Positions 40,240-48,744 of a DNA stretch of 64,000 bases are shown one piece after another. The notes under the pieces were generated by a model that did not search any database, had not been told where the DNA came from, and worked only from the letters and a program-made list of their open reading frames with translations. The DNA is from a virus (lineage: Duplodnaviria; Caudoviricetes): IMG/VR virus record IMGVR_UViG_3300025679_000005; one strand, 5' to 3'. The position numbers and the translations under genes are program-made. Each line of letters starts with the position of its first letter. The first letter of the stretch is position 1.

Positions 40240-42570
40240 TCATTCAGCGGCTTCAGCATCTTCTTCTGGCTTAAAAGCAGCTTTGCGAGCGCCTACGCTC
40301 TTTTTGGCATCACCGGACCGCTCGCTTTCTGGCTTAGGCATAGGCTTGCCGGTCAGAGCGACTCGTTCAATGTTGTCCGTCGCGATCTCAAGGTCAGCAT
40401 GAGCTACAAAGCCGCACTTCTGGCATGCGAACCGTTCTCCGTCCCGATTGGCCTTGTCACAGTGCCCACATTTGGTACAGGTGATGCTGGTCCGGTGGGG
40501 GGTTACTTCAATGGTTGGGACCCCCTTGTGGGCCCCCAATTCGGTCAAGGACTTGTGGAAGGCTTGCATGAACCAACGATTCTCCCTCTTCTTGATGAAG
40601 AAAGCGTCCCATCCGCCATCAGCCCATTTTCCGTTCCCATGCATCATCTTGATATTGAGGTCTTCGAAGGCCATAACGACGACCTCACATTGAGAGGATT
40701 TTGCTGCCTTGTGTCGCAATTGATTGAGAATGCGCTTCGTCAGTTCTTGTTTCCAGGTTGAGAGTCGGAGGTACTCGGGAGAAGTCCTCTGAAGGTCCCA
40801 TTGTGCCTCCCGATATGCTTCGGCAGCCTCCGGACTCACTTCTATTCGAACACCCTCAGTTCCCTTGAATTTGATGTCTCGTCGCAACATCTCGGGCCTA
40901 TTTTTGGGTTTGAGGGTAGCTACTTTCCGGTCGCCGCCCTTCTCAAGATAGGCCGTAGCAAGGAATTCTGTGTATGGAGTCATCTTGTCCCAAGCGATCA
41001 TCTCCGGATTGAGCCCTAGTGCGGCGCACACCCTAGCCTTACAGAGAGCTGGGGTGTCGTTTTTAGCCCTTAGGATCTCTGACTTATGCTCTGGAGATAG
41101 TCGCTCAACAGCCAAATTGGCCAACTTGTCCCGTAGACGATCACTGGCCACTCGATATCTAGCGATCTCTTTCCCATCGCTGCTGTCATTCGACAGTAGC
41201 TCTCGCAATAATGTCTCGTGGGATAGCTGGCCGTCGCTCAATTGGGTTACCCTAGAGACTTTGGCGGCAATAGGATTGGTTTGACCCAGGTCAATTGATA
41301 CTAGAACCACAGGCCCCGATTTTGTCAACTCGGACAGGATTTCAGGAGCGTTCTTTGTCTTCACCATTTTGGCAGAGCAAGCTTGACCCGCCTTGTAGAT
41401 AAAAGTGCAGACGCCCTGCCGCATGTCGATAGAGGGGTCCCCCGTGAACAGGCTTAGCAAGTCAGGGATCGTGGACTTTTCCTTCAGCAATTTCCGATAG
41501 CGAGCATTTCGCAGCAACCCTCGAATATCGATGATGACCCATTCGTCTTGGAAGCGCATCAATACAGGGATCGCACCTTTGAAGCGCCCCGATTGGATCT
41601 GATCTGTTCTCGAATTCTTCCGGTTTGGTGTTCCGGACCGTTTGGAGCACGTAGCCTTAGGCTTGTTAAGACTTGCCGAGTACCAATCTCGACGGCGCCT
41701 GTTCTTGCGACGATTGAGCAGAGGATGCTGCCACTCGGGCACATACCCCGGCTGTCCCTTTGGAATGGTCATGCGATCGTGAGGCAAGTAGTCCGTGAGG
41801 GCCTCAGCGGACTCTTTGGCAAGGCATCCGCTAGGTAACCCAATAAAGTCACTAGGGCAGGATTTGATCACTACTGCCTGATAGCCTGGAATCGTTTGGT
41901 TCACTCCCGGAGGATGAATCAAGTATCCTCGTTCATCATGGGCTTTCTCCTCCACGAAGGTAGCCTCTTCTCCTGCTTCCTTCCGGCGCTTCGTCTTCGA
42001 CAGATTCTTCTCGTTGCGGTTCTCAACCTTTTTGAGTACGCCCTCTCGAATGCTGATAGCCGATTTGATGAGGGCGTTCTGTGCCTGAGCGTGGAGGCTA
42101 GGGGCGTCCAGTCCCAACACTTCATAGAAGGCAGCTCGGGTTTCCTCATTGAGCTTGGATTTGCCATCAACTTCTAGGGAGGCTACCGCTTCGTTGAAGG
42201 CCGTCTCTGACAGACCATCTTGTTTGGGACGACCCTTGGTAGCGGGGATCCCGAAGATCTTCTCCTGGATTTGACGAGAAACTCGAACGAGGTCCCATTC
42301 GATAAAGGGCCTGCTTTGAGCAATTACGAAGGCTTTGGCGGGCGGTTTAACGTCCTTGAGCTTTGCCTGACCCTTGCCAGTCAGGTAGCTGATGACGGCT
42401 TCGGGTCCGCCATCTCTCAGCTTCTTGCCAGCAATCTTGTAATCCTGGGACTCAAATTTCAAGCCTGGGAAATGCGCCCGCAAAAGCAAAGACAATGGAG
42501 AAGGGGGTGTGGTTTTATTGCTCATGTGCTCTCTGGTCGAAACGGCCGTATTTGACATTTCTATTTGCAA
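40240..42570 (-). CDS. cas12j: CasPhi (Cas12j) type V effector; start probably ATG 42558 or the next Met
   Basis: HFPG, IDIRGLLRNARYR, FTGDP, VSIDLGQTNPI (RuvC I), AFEDLN (II), KKRENRWF, HRTSITCTKCGHC...CQKCG...ADLEIA (III): recognisable CasPhi signatures. Confidence 0.96.
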   Translation of the reverse strand: MQIEMSNTAVSTREHMSNKTTPPSPLSLLLRAHFPGLKFESQDYKIAGKKLRDGGPEAVISYLTGKGQAKLKDVKPPAKAFVIAQSRPFIEWDLVRVSRQIQEKIFGIPATKGRPKQDGLSETAFNEAVASLEVDGKSKLNEETRAAFYEVLGLDAPSLHAQAQNALIKSAISIREGVLKKVENRNEKNLSKTKRRKEAGEEATFVEEKAHDERGYLIHPPGVNQTIPGYQAVVIKSCPSDFIGLPSGCLAKESAEALTDYLPHDRMTIPKGQPGYVPEWQHPLLNRRKNRRRRDWYSASLNKPKATCSKRSGTPNRKNSRTDQIQSGRFKGAIPVLMRFQDEWVIIDIRGLLRNARYRKLLKEKSTIPDLLSLFTGDPSIDMRQGVCTFIYKAGQACSAKMVKTKNAPEILSELTKSGPVVLVSIDLGQTNPIAAKVSRVTQLSDGQLSHETLLRELLSNDSSDGKEIARYRVASDRLRDKLANLAVERLSPEHKSEILRAKNDTPALCKARVCAALGLNPEMIAWDKMTPYTEFLATAYLEKGGDRKVATLKPKNRPEMLRRDIKFKGTEGVRIEVSPEAAEAYREAQWDLQRTSPEYLRLSTWKQELTKRILNQLRHKAAKSSQCEVVVMAFEDLNIKMMHGNGKWADGGWDAFFIKKRENRWFMQAFHKSLTELGAHKGVPTIEVTPHRTSITCTKCGHCDKANRDGERFACQKCGFVAHADLEIATDNIERVALTGKPMPKPESERSGDAKKSVGARKAAFKPEEDAEAAE

Positions 42571-42604
42571 GTGGCTTAAATCGGTGTATCTACTTACACC
42601 GATT

Positions 42605-42666
42605 TCTCGATTGCTCAGTACGCTGAGACTGTGAGCCGCCCTTTTGATTGCTCAGTACGCTGAGAC
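42605..42666 (+). CRISPR. Two-repeat CasPhi mini-array divergent from casPhi, ~12-nt spacer
   Basis: TCTCG-ATTGCTCAGTACGCTGAGAC, TGTGAGCCGCCC, TTTTG-ATTGCTCAGTACGCTGAGAC. Confidence 0.88.
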
Positions 42667-42840
42667 AGCATTGGCAATGGCCTGAGCAACTCTGCGGATG
42701 TCTTCCCTGAGCTTGTCGGTAGGAGTTTCGTCGTAGACTCCTTCCCTGACCCATTTCACCTTTTCAGGCGGGATGTCGTCGAATTCAGGGAAGCAACGAA
42801 AGGTAGCTAGGCGGTGACGATAGCAGACAACAGCGTTCAT
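42652..42840 (-). CDS. Small hypothetical protein ending inside the mini-array repeat
   Basis: 62-aa ORF, ATGA-coupled to the upstream gene. Confidence 0.5.
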   Translation of the reverse strand: MNAVVCYRHRLATFRCFPEFDDIPPEKVKWVREGVYDETPTDKLREDIRRVAQAIANAVSAY

Positions 42841-43715
42841 TGTGCCGGCTGATAGACTGAGAAGTTTCCGCCGACGTACGACTCTTTCTTGTCGTCCAAA
42901 ATATCTGACAAGGACATGATGAAGTCGCCGTTCTTGGTCCGGGCGCCGTCATTGACGAAACCGCCTCGAATTCCTGAGGTGAACATCCACTGGTGTTCCT
43001 TTGGCACACTGTAGTTGATGTCATTGCGAATACCCCCACCCTGGCGAATACCCTCCGCTCGCTTCGAGCCGAAAATCAGGGTGTGGTCTCGCCGAACAAG
43101 CTGATCCATCCTCGGCGGGCTCCCATCGTGAGCGTCAACAGCGGGGGCGAACAAGGTGTTTTCGAAACCAGCTCGGGGCTTGTACCACCAGAAGATGGGC
43201 TCAGCCTCCCTGAGAGTGCTCATATCGAAGCAGCAGATGGCGATCGGCCATTCAGGGTAGAGCTTGGCCATTACCGTCAGGAACGGCATCCGGATGTTTG
43301 GGCGTTTACTCTCCGGCACCTCCTTGAGGGCCGAGTTCAACCCCGCGGCTGAAGATGCCAGGGCGATCGTGTAGGACCCCGACTCGATGATCTGATAACT
43401 CAAAGAATCAGAGTCATTCAGCATAACGCCCTTGATCATCCCAAGGGATCTTCTTGTTCTGGGCTTCAGCGCCTTCACAGCCTTGTGGTAATCCTTGAGG
43501 ATGCCTTTGAAGGCCGTGGCGTCGATCACGTTCTCAGGACCTAGCGGACCCAATGCCGGAATCGGCAGAATCATGGCGTTGGGTCCGTGGCCGAAGGAGG
43601 TCACGCTGTTCTGGTAGCCTAGAACGTGAACGAGGCCGTCCCCAGGTTTCTCGACCTCAGCCGAGTAGATGATTGTATCAGAGAGACTGACTCCGGCTTC
43701 GATGGTACAGCACAT
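42837..43715 (-). CDS. Hypothetical protein
   Basis: 292-aa ORF; promoter motif 11 nt before ATG. Confidence 0.75.
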   Translation of the reverse strand: MCCTIEAGVSLSDTIIYSAEVEKPGDGLVHVLGYQNSVTSFGHGPNAMILPIPALGPLGPENVIDATAFKGILKDYHKAVKALKPRTRRSLGMIKGVMLNDSDSLSYQIIESGSYTIALASSAAGLNSALKEVPESKRPNIRMPFLTVMAKLYPEWPIAICCFDMSTLREAEPIFWWYKPRAGFENTLFAPAVDAHDGSPPRMDQLVRRDHTLIFGSKRAEGIRQGGGIRNDINYSVPKEHQWMFTSGIRGGFVNDGARTKNGDFIMSLSDILDDKKESYVGGNFSVYQPAQ

Positions 43716-43736
43716 GGTGGAGCCTATACACCAGTT

Positions 43737-44513
43737 CTAAGCAATGTGCGAATGCGGATGGGCCTCGCATCGTTCACAAAGTACTATCGAGTCGGGCCAG
43801 CCTTCGAGCATGTATTCTCCAGCGGGTGTGCGTCCGCATCTGCCCTGCTCAGCGAGAAAGCACTCACATGTGAGATTCGGTGACTTGAAAGCACGGATGG
43901 ATACTACTCCCTGCTTGGCAACGGGAAAACAAATCTCACACGAAGCGTTTGGCCCGATCCCACCGTGGTCCGTGCAACGAATGGACATAGCCGTAATGTG
44001 ATCCTTGTGGGACACAGAGTCCTGCGCAAGGGACAGGGGGACCTTGGTGAGCATAATGTCCGCCCAGATAGAGGGCCAGTGATCCAACATCCCCTTGAGG
44101 CAGCGATCCATGTGCTCGATGATCGCTAACGGAGCCCCGTGGGTGTTCCTGGCATAGCTTAGCGACACGGGGCACTCAAGGTACACAAGCTCTGGGACGT
44201 GCCCAAATGCTCTGGCCACATTGATGTACGGGGCCAGGTCGTAGACCATGGCATTGGTGTTGTCGACGATGACCGTGACTTCTTTACCTAGTGGCCGTGG
44301 GTCTCCCATGTAAGGCGAAGCCGTCACCAACTTCACGAACTTGCGAAGACAAGCATGGTGGGCATTCGGGCGCTCTTCGATCTTGAACTCGTACCCGTTC
44401 GGACCTTCATGCCAGTGATCCGCAGAGCAGATCGAGACATCGCCCCAGGTGTTCTCCTTGATCCAGGTGCTTTTGCCGGCGCCCGGGAGGCCTATGAGGA
44501 TGATGACTCGCAT
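43737..44513 (-). CDS. P-loop kinase (AAA_33/polynucleotide kinase-like)
   Basis: GLPGAGKST Walker A, ICSADH, VIVDNTN, SYARNTHG. Confidence 0.85.
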   Translation of the reverse strand: MRVIILIGLPGAGKSTWIKENTWGDVSICSADHWHEGPNGYEFKIEERPNAHHACLRKFVKLVTASPYMGDPRPLGKEVTVIVDNTNAMVYDLAPYINVARAFGHVPELVYLECPVSLSYARNTHGAPLAIIEHMDRCLKGMLDHWPSIWADIMLTKVPLSLAQDSVSHKDHITAMSIRCTDHGGIGPNASCEICFPVAKQGVVSIRAFKSPNLTCECFLAEQGRCGRTPAGEYMLEGWPDSIVLCERCEAHPHSHIA

Positions 44514-44516
44514 GGA

Positions 44517-45116
44517 TCAGCTCTCCCAGGTGGGGGTCGACCAGTGTTCTTGCCAAACATGGACGACAGCAGGCTTTGCCTTCGGCTCGGGTCGGAAATA
44601 AGGCTTCCTGTGATTGGGGTGAGCGCCCATCTTCATCGCGATCTCAGAATCCAGCTCTAGGTTGGAGCCGTTGTACACAGGCTCAGCCGGCCTCTCAGCA
44701 TTGACTTGGGGCTCTGCTGGCTTCTCATAAATCTGCTCTGGCCACATGTCGGTCCATAAAATCTGCTCGGCCCACATATACCCAGGGGCGTTGGCCCTAC
44801 CTTCGCACTTCCACTTACCGGAGTAGGCGTTACAGGCACCTTTACGGACAAGCTCAGACATCGCGACGAAGATGCCCCCTAAGAAAGCCGCTCTTGTACC
44901 AACAGGGAGAGTTTCTGGAAGGATCTTGGGCAACCTGCGAGCCCTGATGCGTTTCCCCATTTCAATGATATCCACAGGGAGAACCGAGGCATGTGGAAAG
45001 CACTCATAGGAGATCACGGCTTCTTTCAGGTCAGACACCCCATATATTGGATCATCAGCCCACTCCAAGATAGCAGCCGTCGCTTCTTTAGCACCGCAGC
45101 ATTCGCACTTTGCCAT
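44517..45116 (-). CDS. Hypothetical protein with N-terminal CxxC
   Basis: GGTG-TAGGAT 10 nt before ATG. Confidence 0.65.
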   Translation of the reverse strand: MAKCECCGAKEATAAILEWADDPIYGVSDLKEAVISYECFPHASVLPVDIIEMGKRIRARRLPKILPETLPVGTRAAFLGGIFVAMSELVRKGACNAYSGKWKCEGRANAPGYMWAEQILWTDMWPEQIYEKPAEPQVNAERPAEPVYNGSNLELDSEIAMKMGAHPNHRKPYFRPEPKAKPAVVHVWQEHWSTPTWES

Positions 45117-45136
45117 GGATCGATCCTACACCGATT

Positions 45137-45397
45137 TCAATGGGGAAGCCCTGAGCCCAAAGTGACAACTCGGTCAATGCTCACGAACATCACCGAACGA
45201 TTGGCGGGGTAGGAGAAGTCGAAGCTATGACAACGCCCGCACTTTGGACAGGTATGCTGATAGATGTCGGCTATTACGTAGACCGAGTCCTGACCCTCGT
45301 CATTGAGGACTTCGCCGCAACCACATAGGAGAACGCACCTTCGCCTGGCCATAGCGGCCCTGGCTTTGAGCCAGTTACGTATTTTATAGATCATCAT
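45137..45397 (-). CDS. Small Zn-ribbon protein
   Basis: LCGCGE...TCPKCG; ATGA-coupled. Confidence 0.55.
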   Translation of the reverse strand: MMIYKIRNWLKARAAMARRRCVLLCGCGEVLNDEGQDSVYVIADIYQHTCPKCGRCHSFDFSYPANRSVMFVSIDRVVTLGSGLPH

Positions 45398-45765
45398 GGG
45401 ATTTCCTCTGTCGAGCTGAGGCGTTCCCACGAGGTGGGCACGACCTCGGCGGTAGTCCGGGGGATGTTCCCCAGAGCCCAATCACAAGCCACGCCAAGCA
45501 CTACCATTACTGAAAAGTAGCTGATTTTATGTTCTTCGAGGACGCTCATCACAGCCTTTTTGACCGCATTGACGTTGGTGTCTCCACCAACGGACTCGAC
45601 CAGGAAGCATACGCCCTCCCCCAAAGTGCCGTTGGTCTCGATCGTAAGCAGGCCGTCATTAGCCATGACCACTGGAGATACCCTGTAACCTTTGTGGACC
45701 ATACTCGCAATAATGGCGTCCGCAAAGGCAGAGGTGAGAATGGTGATGACGACGGTACAGACCAT
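45394..45765 (-). CDS. Hypothetical protein, paralog family with PTSWERL tag
   Basis: Similar to 45770 and 47931 ORFs. Confidence 0.7.
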   Translation of the reverse strand: MVCTVVITILTSAFADAIIASMVHKGYRVSPVVMANDGLLTIETNGTLGEGVCFLVESVGGDTNVNAVKKAVMSVLEEHKISYFSVMVVLGVACDWALGNIPRTTAEVVPTSWERLSSTEEIP

Positions 45766-45769
45766 GACC

Positions 45770-46135
45770 CTATTCCGACTGAGCTAGGCGTTGCCAAGCG
45801 GTGGGTCTGTCCCCTGTTTGGTCGACTACATGGCTCCCACAATGCCAGACACAATCCTTGTCGTCTAGGGACTCACAGACAAGTATCGAGTAGTATACCG
45901 TATGTAATTCCTGTAGTAACCCTCGAAGCTCCTCAGAAACAGCTTCTATGTCTAACTCTTCGTCGCCGTTGTCCATATGAACTGCTAGCGTTGCGCCTAC
46001 TCGGCCCTCCTCTACTTCAACGGCTCGATTGCTTATTGAGATAGGGGATACCGTCCAACCCGTGTTTAGGAATGCGGCGAGGAGGGCATCCGATTGCTGG
46101 GTGGACGGCAGAGTGATTAGTACGAAGTATCTCAC
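45770..46135 (-). CDS. Hypothetical protein, paralog family with PTAWQRL tag
   Basis: As above. Confidence 0.7.
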   Translation of the reverse strand: MRYFVLITLPSTQQSDALLAAFLNTGWTVSPISISNRAVEVEEGRVGATLAVHMDNGDEELDIEAVSEELRGLLQELHTVYYSILVCESLDDKDCVWHCGSHVVDQTGDRPTAWQRLAQSE

Positions 46136-46392
46136 GGAACGTTCTCGAAGGCCTCATTGACCATGGCCGCGTGGCGCTCGTCCTTGAGCGCTTGCTTGGC
46201 GTTCTCTCGGACCTTGGCCTGCTCAGCGACGATAGCATCAAATTCAGCCATCTCATCCTGAGCCTTCGTCCAAGCCTCTTGGGCAGCCTCCCAACGCTTC
46301 AACGTGTCCGCTGGGACATCGTACGAACCCTTTGGATCTACGGAGAAGTTGTAGTCGTAGGCAGTGTCTCGGTCCAGTTTGATCTTGGGCAT
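46132..46392 (-). CDS. Hypothetical protein
   Basis: GGTG-TAGGAT 10 nt before ATG. Confidence 0.65.
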   Translation of the reverse strand: MPKIKLDRDTAYDYNFSVDPKGSYDVPADTLKRWEAAQEAWTKAQDEMAEFDAIVAEQAKVRENAKQALKDERHAAMVNEAFENVP

Positions 46393-46434
46393 GGCCCGAT
46401 CCTACACCGGTTCGCTAGGCTCCAGCTTCTCCTC

Positions 46435-46499
46435 GTCTCAGCGTACTGAGCAATCGAGAGCCTCACTCTACACCGTCTCAGCGTACTGAGCAATCAGCA
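46435..46499 (-). CRISPR. Two-repeat CasPhi mini-array with a 15-nt spacer and own promoter
   Basis: TGCTG-ATTGCTCAGTACGCTGAGAC, GGTGTAGAGTGAGGC, TCTCG-ATTGCTCAGTACGCTGAGAC; TCGGTG-TACTAT immediately upstream. Confidence 0.9.
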
Positions 46500-46533
46500 A
46501 TCACCCATAGTACACCGATAATTTATCTCTTGG

Positions 46534-47088
46534 GTGACATCTCGACGTGATGCAGATATTCGTCCTAGATTGAAGGAATTGCTCAAAGCCACGTCGTTTT
46601 TGATTGACGAACTGGGGATAGGCCATGGCCGAGTCAGGATTGACGTAGCCGCCATCGACACCGACTTCCATGGGTTCGAGATCAAGGCCGAAGCCGATAC
46701 CTTGAAGAGGCTTCCCCGGCAAGTCAGGTACTACAGCAAGGTCTGCGACTTCGCCTCCCTAGTGGTGCCGGCCAAACACTTGGAGAAGGCCACCCCGTTG
46801 ATTCCGGCCTGGTGGGGACTGTACGACGCTGAGACCTTGGCTGTCTTGAGAATGCCACAGAGGAACCCTACGTTGACCCCTAGAGCGATTGCCGAGGTCT
46901 TGTGGAAGGATGAGTCCTTGGCCTTCCTCGCCTCAGCTAAAGCCGGTAAGGGGATGTCCTCTCAGAGAGTGGCCAAGGTCTGGGACCGTGTGGCGAGAAC
47001 CTTTCCCTTGGACGAGATCAGAGCCGAGGTTCGGAGACGGTTAGTAGCCCGTCGGAATGAAGACGGAACCTACAAGCTGAGAGCCTAG
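46534..47088 (+). CDS. sce7726-family PD-(D/E)xK-like protein
   Basis: RVRIDVAAI...FHGFEIKAEADTLKRLPRQVRYYSKVCD family pattern. Confidence 0.8.
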   Translation: MTSRRDADIRPRLKELLKATSFLIDELGIGHGRVRIDVAAIDTDFHGFEIKAEADTLKRLPRQVRYYSKVCDFASLVVPAKHLEKATPLIPAWWGLYDAETLAVLRMPQRNPTLTPRAIAEVLWKDESLAFLASAKAGKGMSSQRVAKVWDRVARTFPLDEIRAEVRRRLVARRNEDGTYKLRA

Positions 47089-47591
47089 ACCTTCTTGGGG
47101 AAGGTCGCCCTTAAAGAGGCAGCCAAGTCATCATAATTGTAGTTGGTTGCTACCTGCTCTGAAGGTTCAGGCCAAGGCTCGACCTCCCACCCACCTAGCT
47201 CACTATACTTCGCGGAGTCGTACTTCACGGCTTCGTCGAAGGCAGCCCTATCAGCGATGTTGACACTCCTGTGACCTGGAGGGTTCAGCACACGGCCGAC
47301 AATGTAGCCGTACTCCGGCTCGACTTCAACATCGACTGGCACGGCCATCATCGGGTTGCTCAGGTCCCAACGCTTGATTGTCGTGGGGCCTAGGGCAACT
47401 TTCTCGAACTCTTCTACGGGAGTGATTACTCGCTCCGCATACCTGGTCTCAACGAAATACCGCTGAACCTTCTTCGGGACTTCGAGGATCTGCTTGGGGA
47501 GGGCGATGACCCTCTCTATTTTGGGTGCACCCCAAGTGAGGAGTCCGGCGAAGGTCGCTGTGAGTGCTTGGAGGAAGGTACGGCGTCGCAT
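47085..47591 (-). CDS. Hypothetical protein with Tat-like signal
   Basis: MRRRTFLQALTATFAGLL. Confidence 0.6.
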   Translation of the reverse strand: MRRRTFLQALTATFAGLLTWGAPKIERVIALPKQILEVPKKVQRYFVETRYAERVITPVEEFEKVALGPTTIKRWDLSNPMMAVPVDVEVEPEYGYIVGRVLNPPGHRSVNIADRAAFDEAVKYDSAKYSELGGWEVEPWPEPSEQVATNYNYDDLAASLRATFPKKV

Positions 47592-47613
47592 AGTCGCCGA
47601 TGTTAGCACACTT

Positions 47614-47934
47614 TCAGGAGCCGAAGCCATCGATCTCGCACTTCCTACAGCCTGCGTTCGTCCAGTTGAAGTGCAGAAATCCTAGTGAGAAGCCGCAGTG
47701 GGAACCGTCATAGTAGATGTGGTAGGATCCCCATCCCCAATCGGTGCTGAGGTATACGGATCGGTAGTCGTAGCCTAGATGCCATTCCGAGGCCTCGTCC
47801 TTGACTTGCACGTTCAGCTCAAAGCCGAAGCCCGTCCAGTGTATACGGTTGACCACGGCTTCTAGCACCCAACGGTACTTGGTGACCTGAGGAACTCTTG
47901 CCAGGATACTCTCTCTGAACTTGAAAATGATCAC
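47614..47934 (-). CDS. Trp/Gly-rich hypothetical protein
   Basis: GTG start overlapping upstream TGA. Confidence 0.55.
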   Translation of the reverse strand: MIIFKFRESILARVPQVTKYRWVLEAVVNRIHWTGFGFELNVQVKDEASEWHLGYDYRSVYLSTDWGWGSYHIYYDGSHCGFSLGFLHFNWTNAGCRKCEIDGFGS

Positions 47935-48341
47935 AGCTCTGGATTCTCCAGGCGTTGCCAAGCGGTGGGTCTGTCCCCTTCCTTTTCTGGGAGAGCCTTG
48001 GACAGAGGGACATTGCCGCAGACCCAACCAGCCCCACCAGCGGGGCCTATGAACAAGGAGAAGTAACCGATTTCAGCCTCATTAAGCAGAATCCTGACTC
48101 TGTCTCGTATCGGACCCGTCTCGGTGATGTCCTTGGCCTCGACTTCAAATACTGAAATCCCTCCAATGAACTCCTCGTTAGCTTCTACAAGATGGGAACC
48201 GCATCTTCGAACAGCCCACCCTTCGGATATCAGCAGAGAAGGCAGCTTTGAAGCCGATTCCGGGATCAAGAACGTGATGACGACGTAGGCTTTCACTTGT
48301 GATGCTCGATCCATTTGAAGGACACTTGAAAGTTGTCCCAA
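47931..48341 (-). CDS. Hypothetical protein, paralog family with PTAWQRL tag
   Basis: 28 nt identical to the 45770 gene 3' end. Confidence 0.65.
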   Translation of the reverse strand: MGQLSSVLQMDRASQVKAYVVITFLIPESASKLPSLLISEGWAVRRCGSHLVEANEEFIGGISVFEVEAKDITETGPIRDRVRILLNEAEIGYFSLFIGPAGGAGWVCGNVPLSKALPEKEGDRPTAWQRLENPEL

Positions 48342-48706
48342 TAGCCCACGGAAGCGACCCTCCAGCCAGGCGAGTTGGAACCGTCATGGTCCGGCTGCTC
48401 AGGACGTTGTTGAACCGGCAATTGCCGTAGCCAGTTCTCGGTCAGTTGGATAACCCCGATCACGTCCAAGGGAAATGGCAATAGCGTGAAGGTGTTCAGG
48501 CTGTCTTCGTAACCTTGGGAGAAGGTCAGGACCGACCCCTCTGTTTTGACGTGAGAAACGTGAATGCACCTGGCCATGAGCATGGCGATAGCTGCCTGGA
48601 GATGAGCGATACTTCGACCGCAGACCACGAACTCCAAGCCACCGTGGATGGGGTTGTTGTCTCGATGGGCCAGAATCTCCAGAGCTTCTTGGGGTAGAGT
48701 CTTCAT
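48293..48706 (-). CDS. Hypothetical protein
   Basis: Promoter motif 12 nt before ATG. Confidence 0.65.
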   Translation of the reverse strand: MKTLPQEALEILAHRDNNPIHGGLEFVVCGRSIAHLQAAIAMLMARCIHVSHVKTEGSVLTFSQGYEDSLNTFTLLPFPLDVIGVIQLTENWLRQLPVQQRPEQPDHDGSNSPGWRVASVGYWDNFQVSFKWIEHHK

Positions 48707-48744
48707 GCTCTAGGGCTTTACACCGGATCGGTGTACCTACCAAG

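Noticed and set aside
45137-45220. Possible tRNA-like structure
   Set aside because: No cloverleaf or T-loop consensus, and it lies within a coding ORF; no tRNA recognised anywhere in the window
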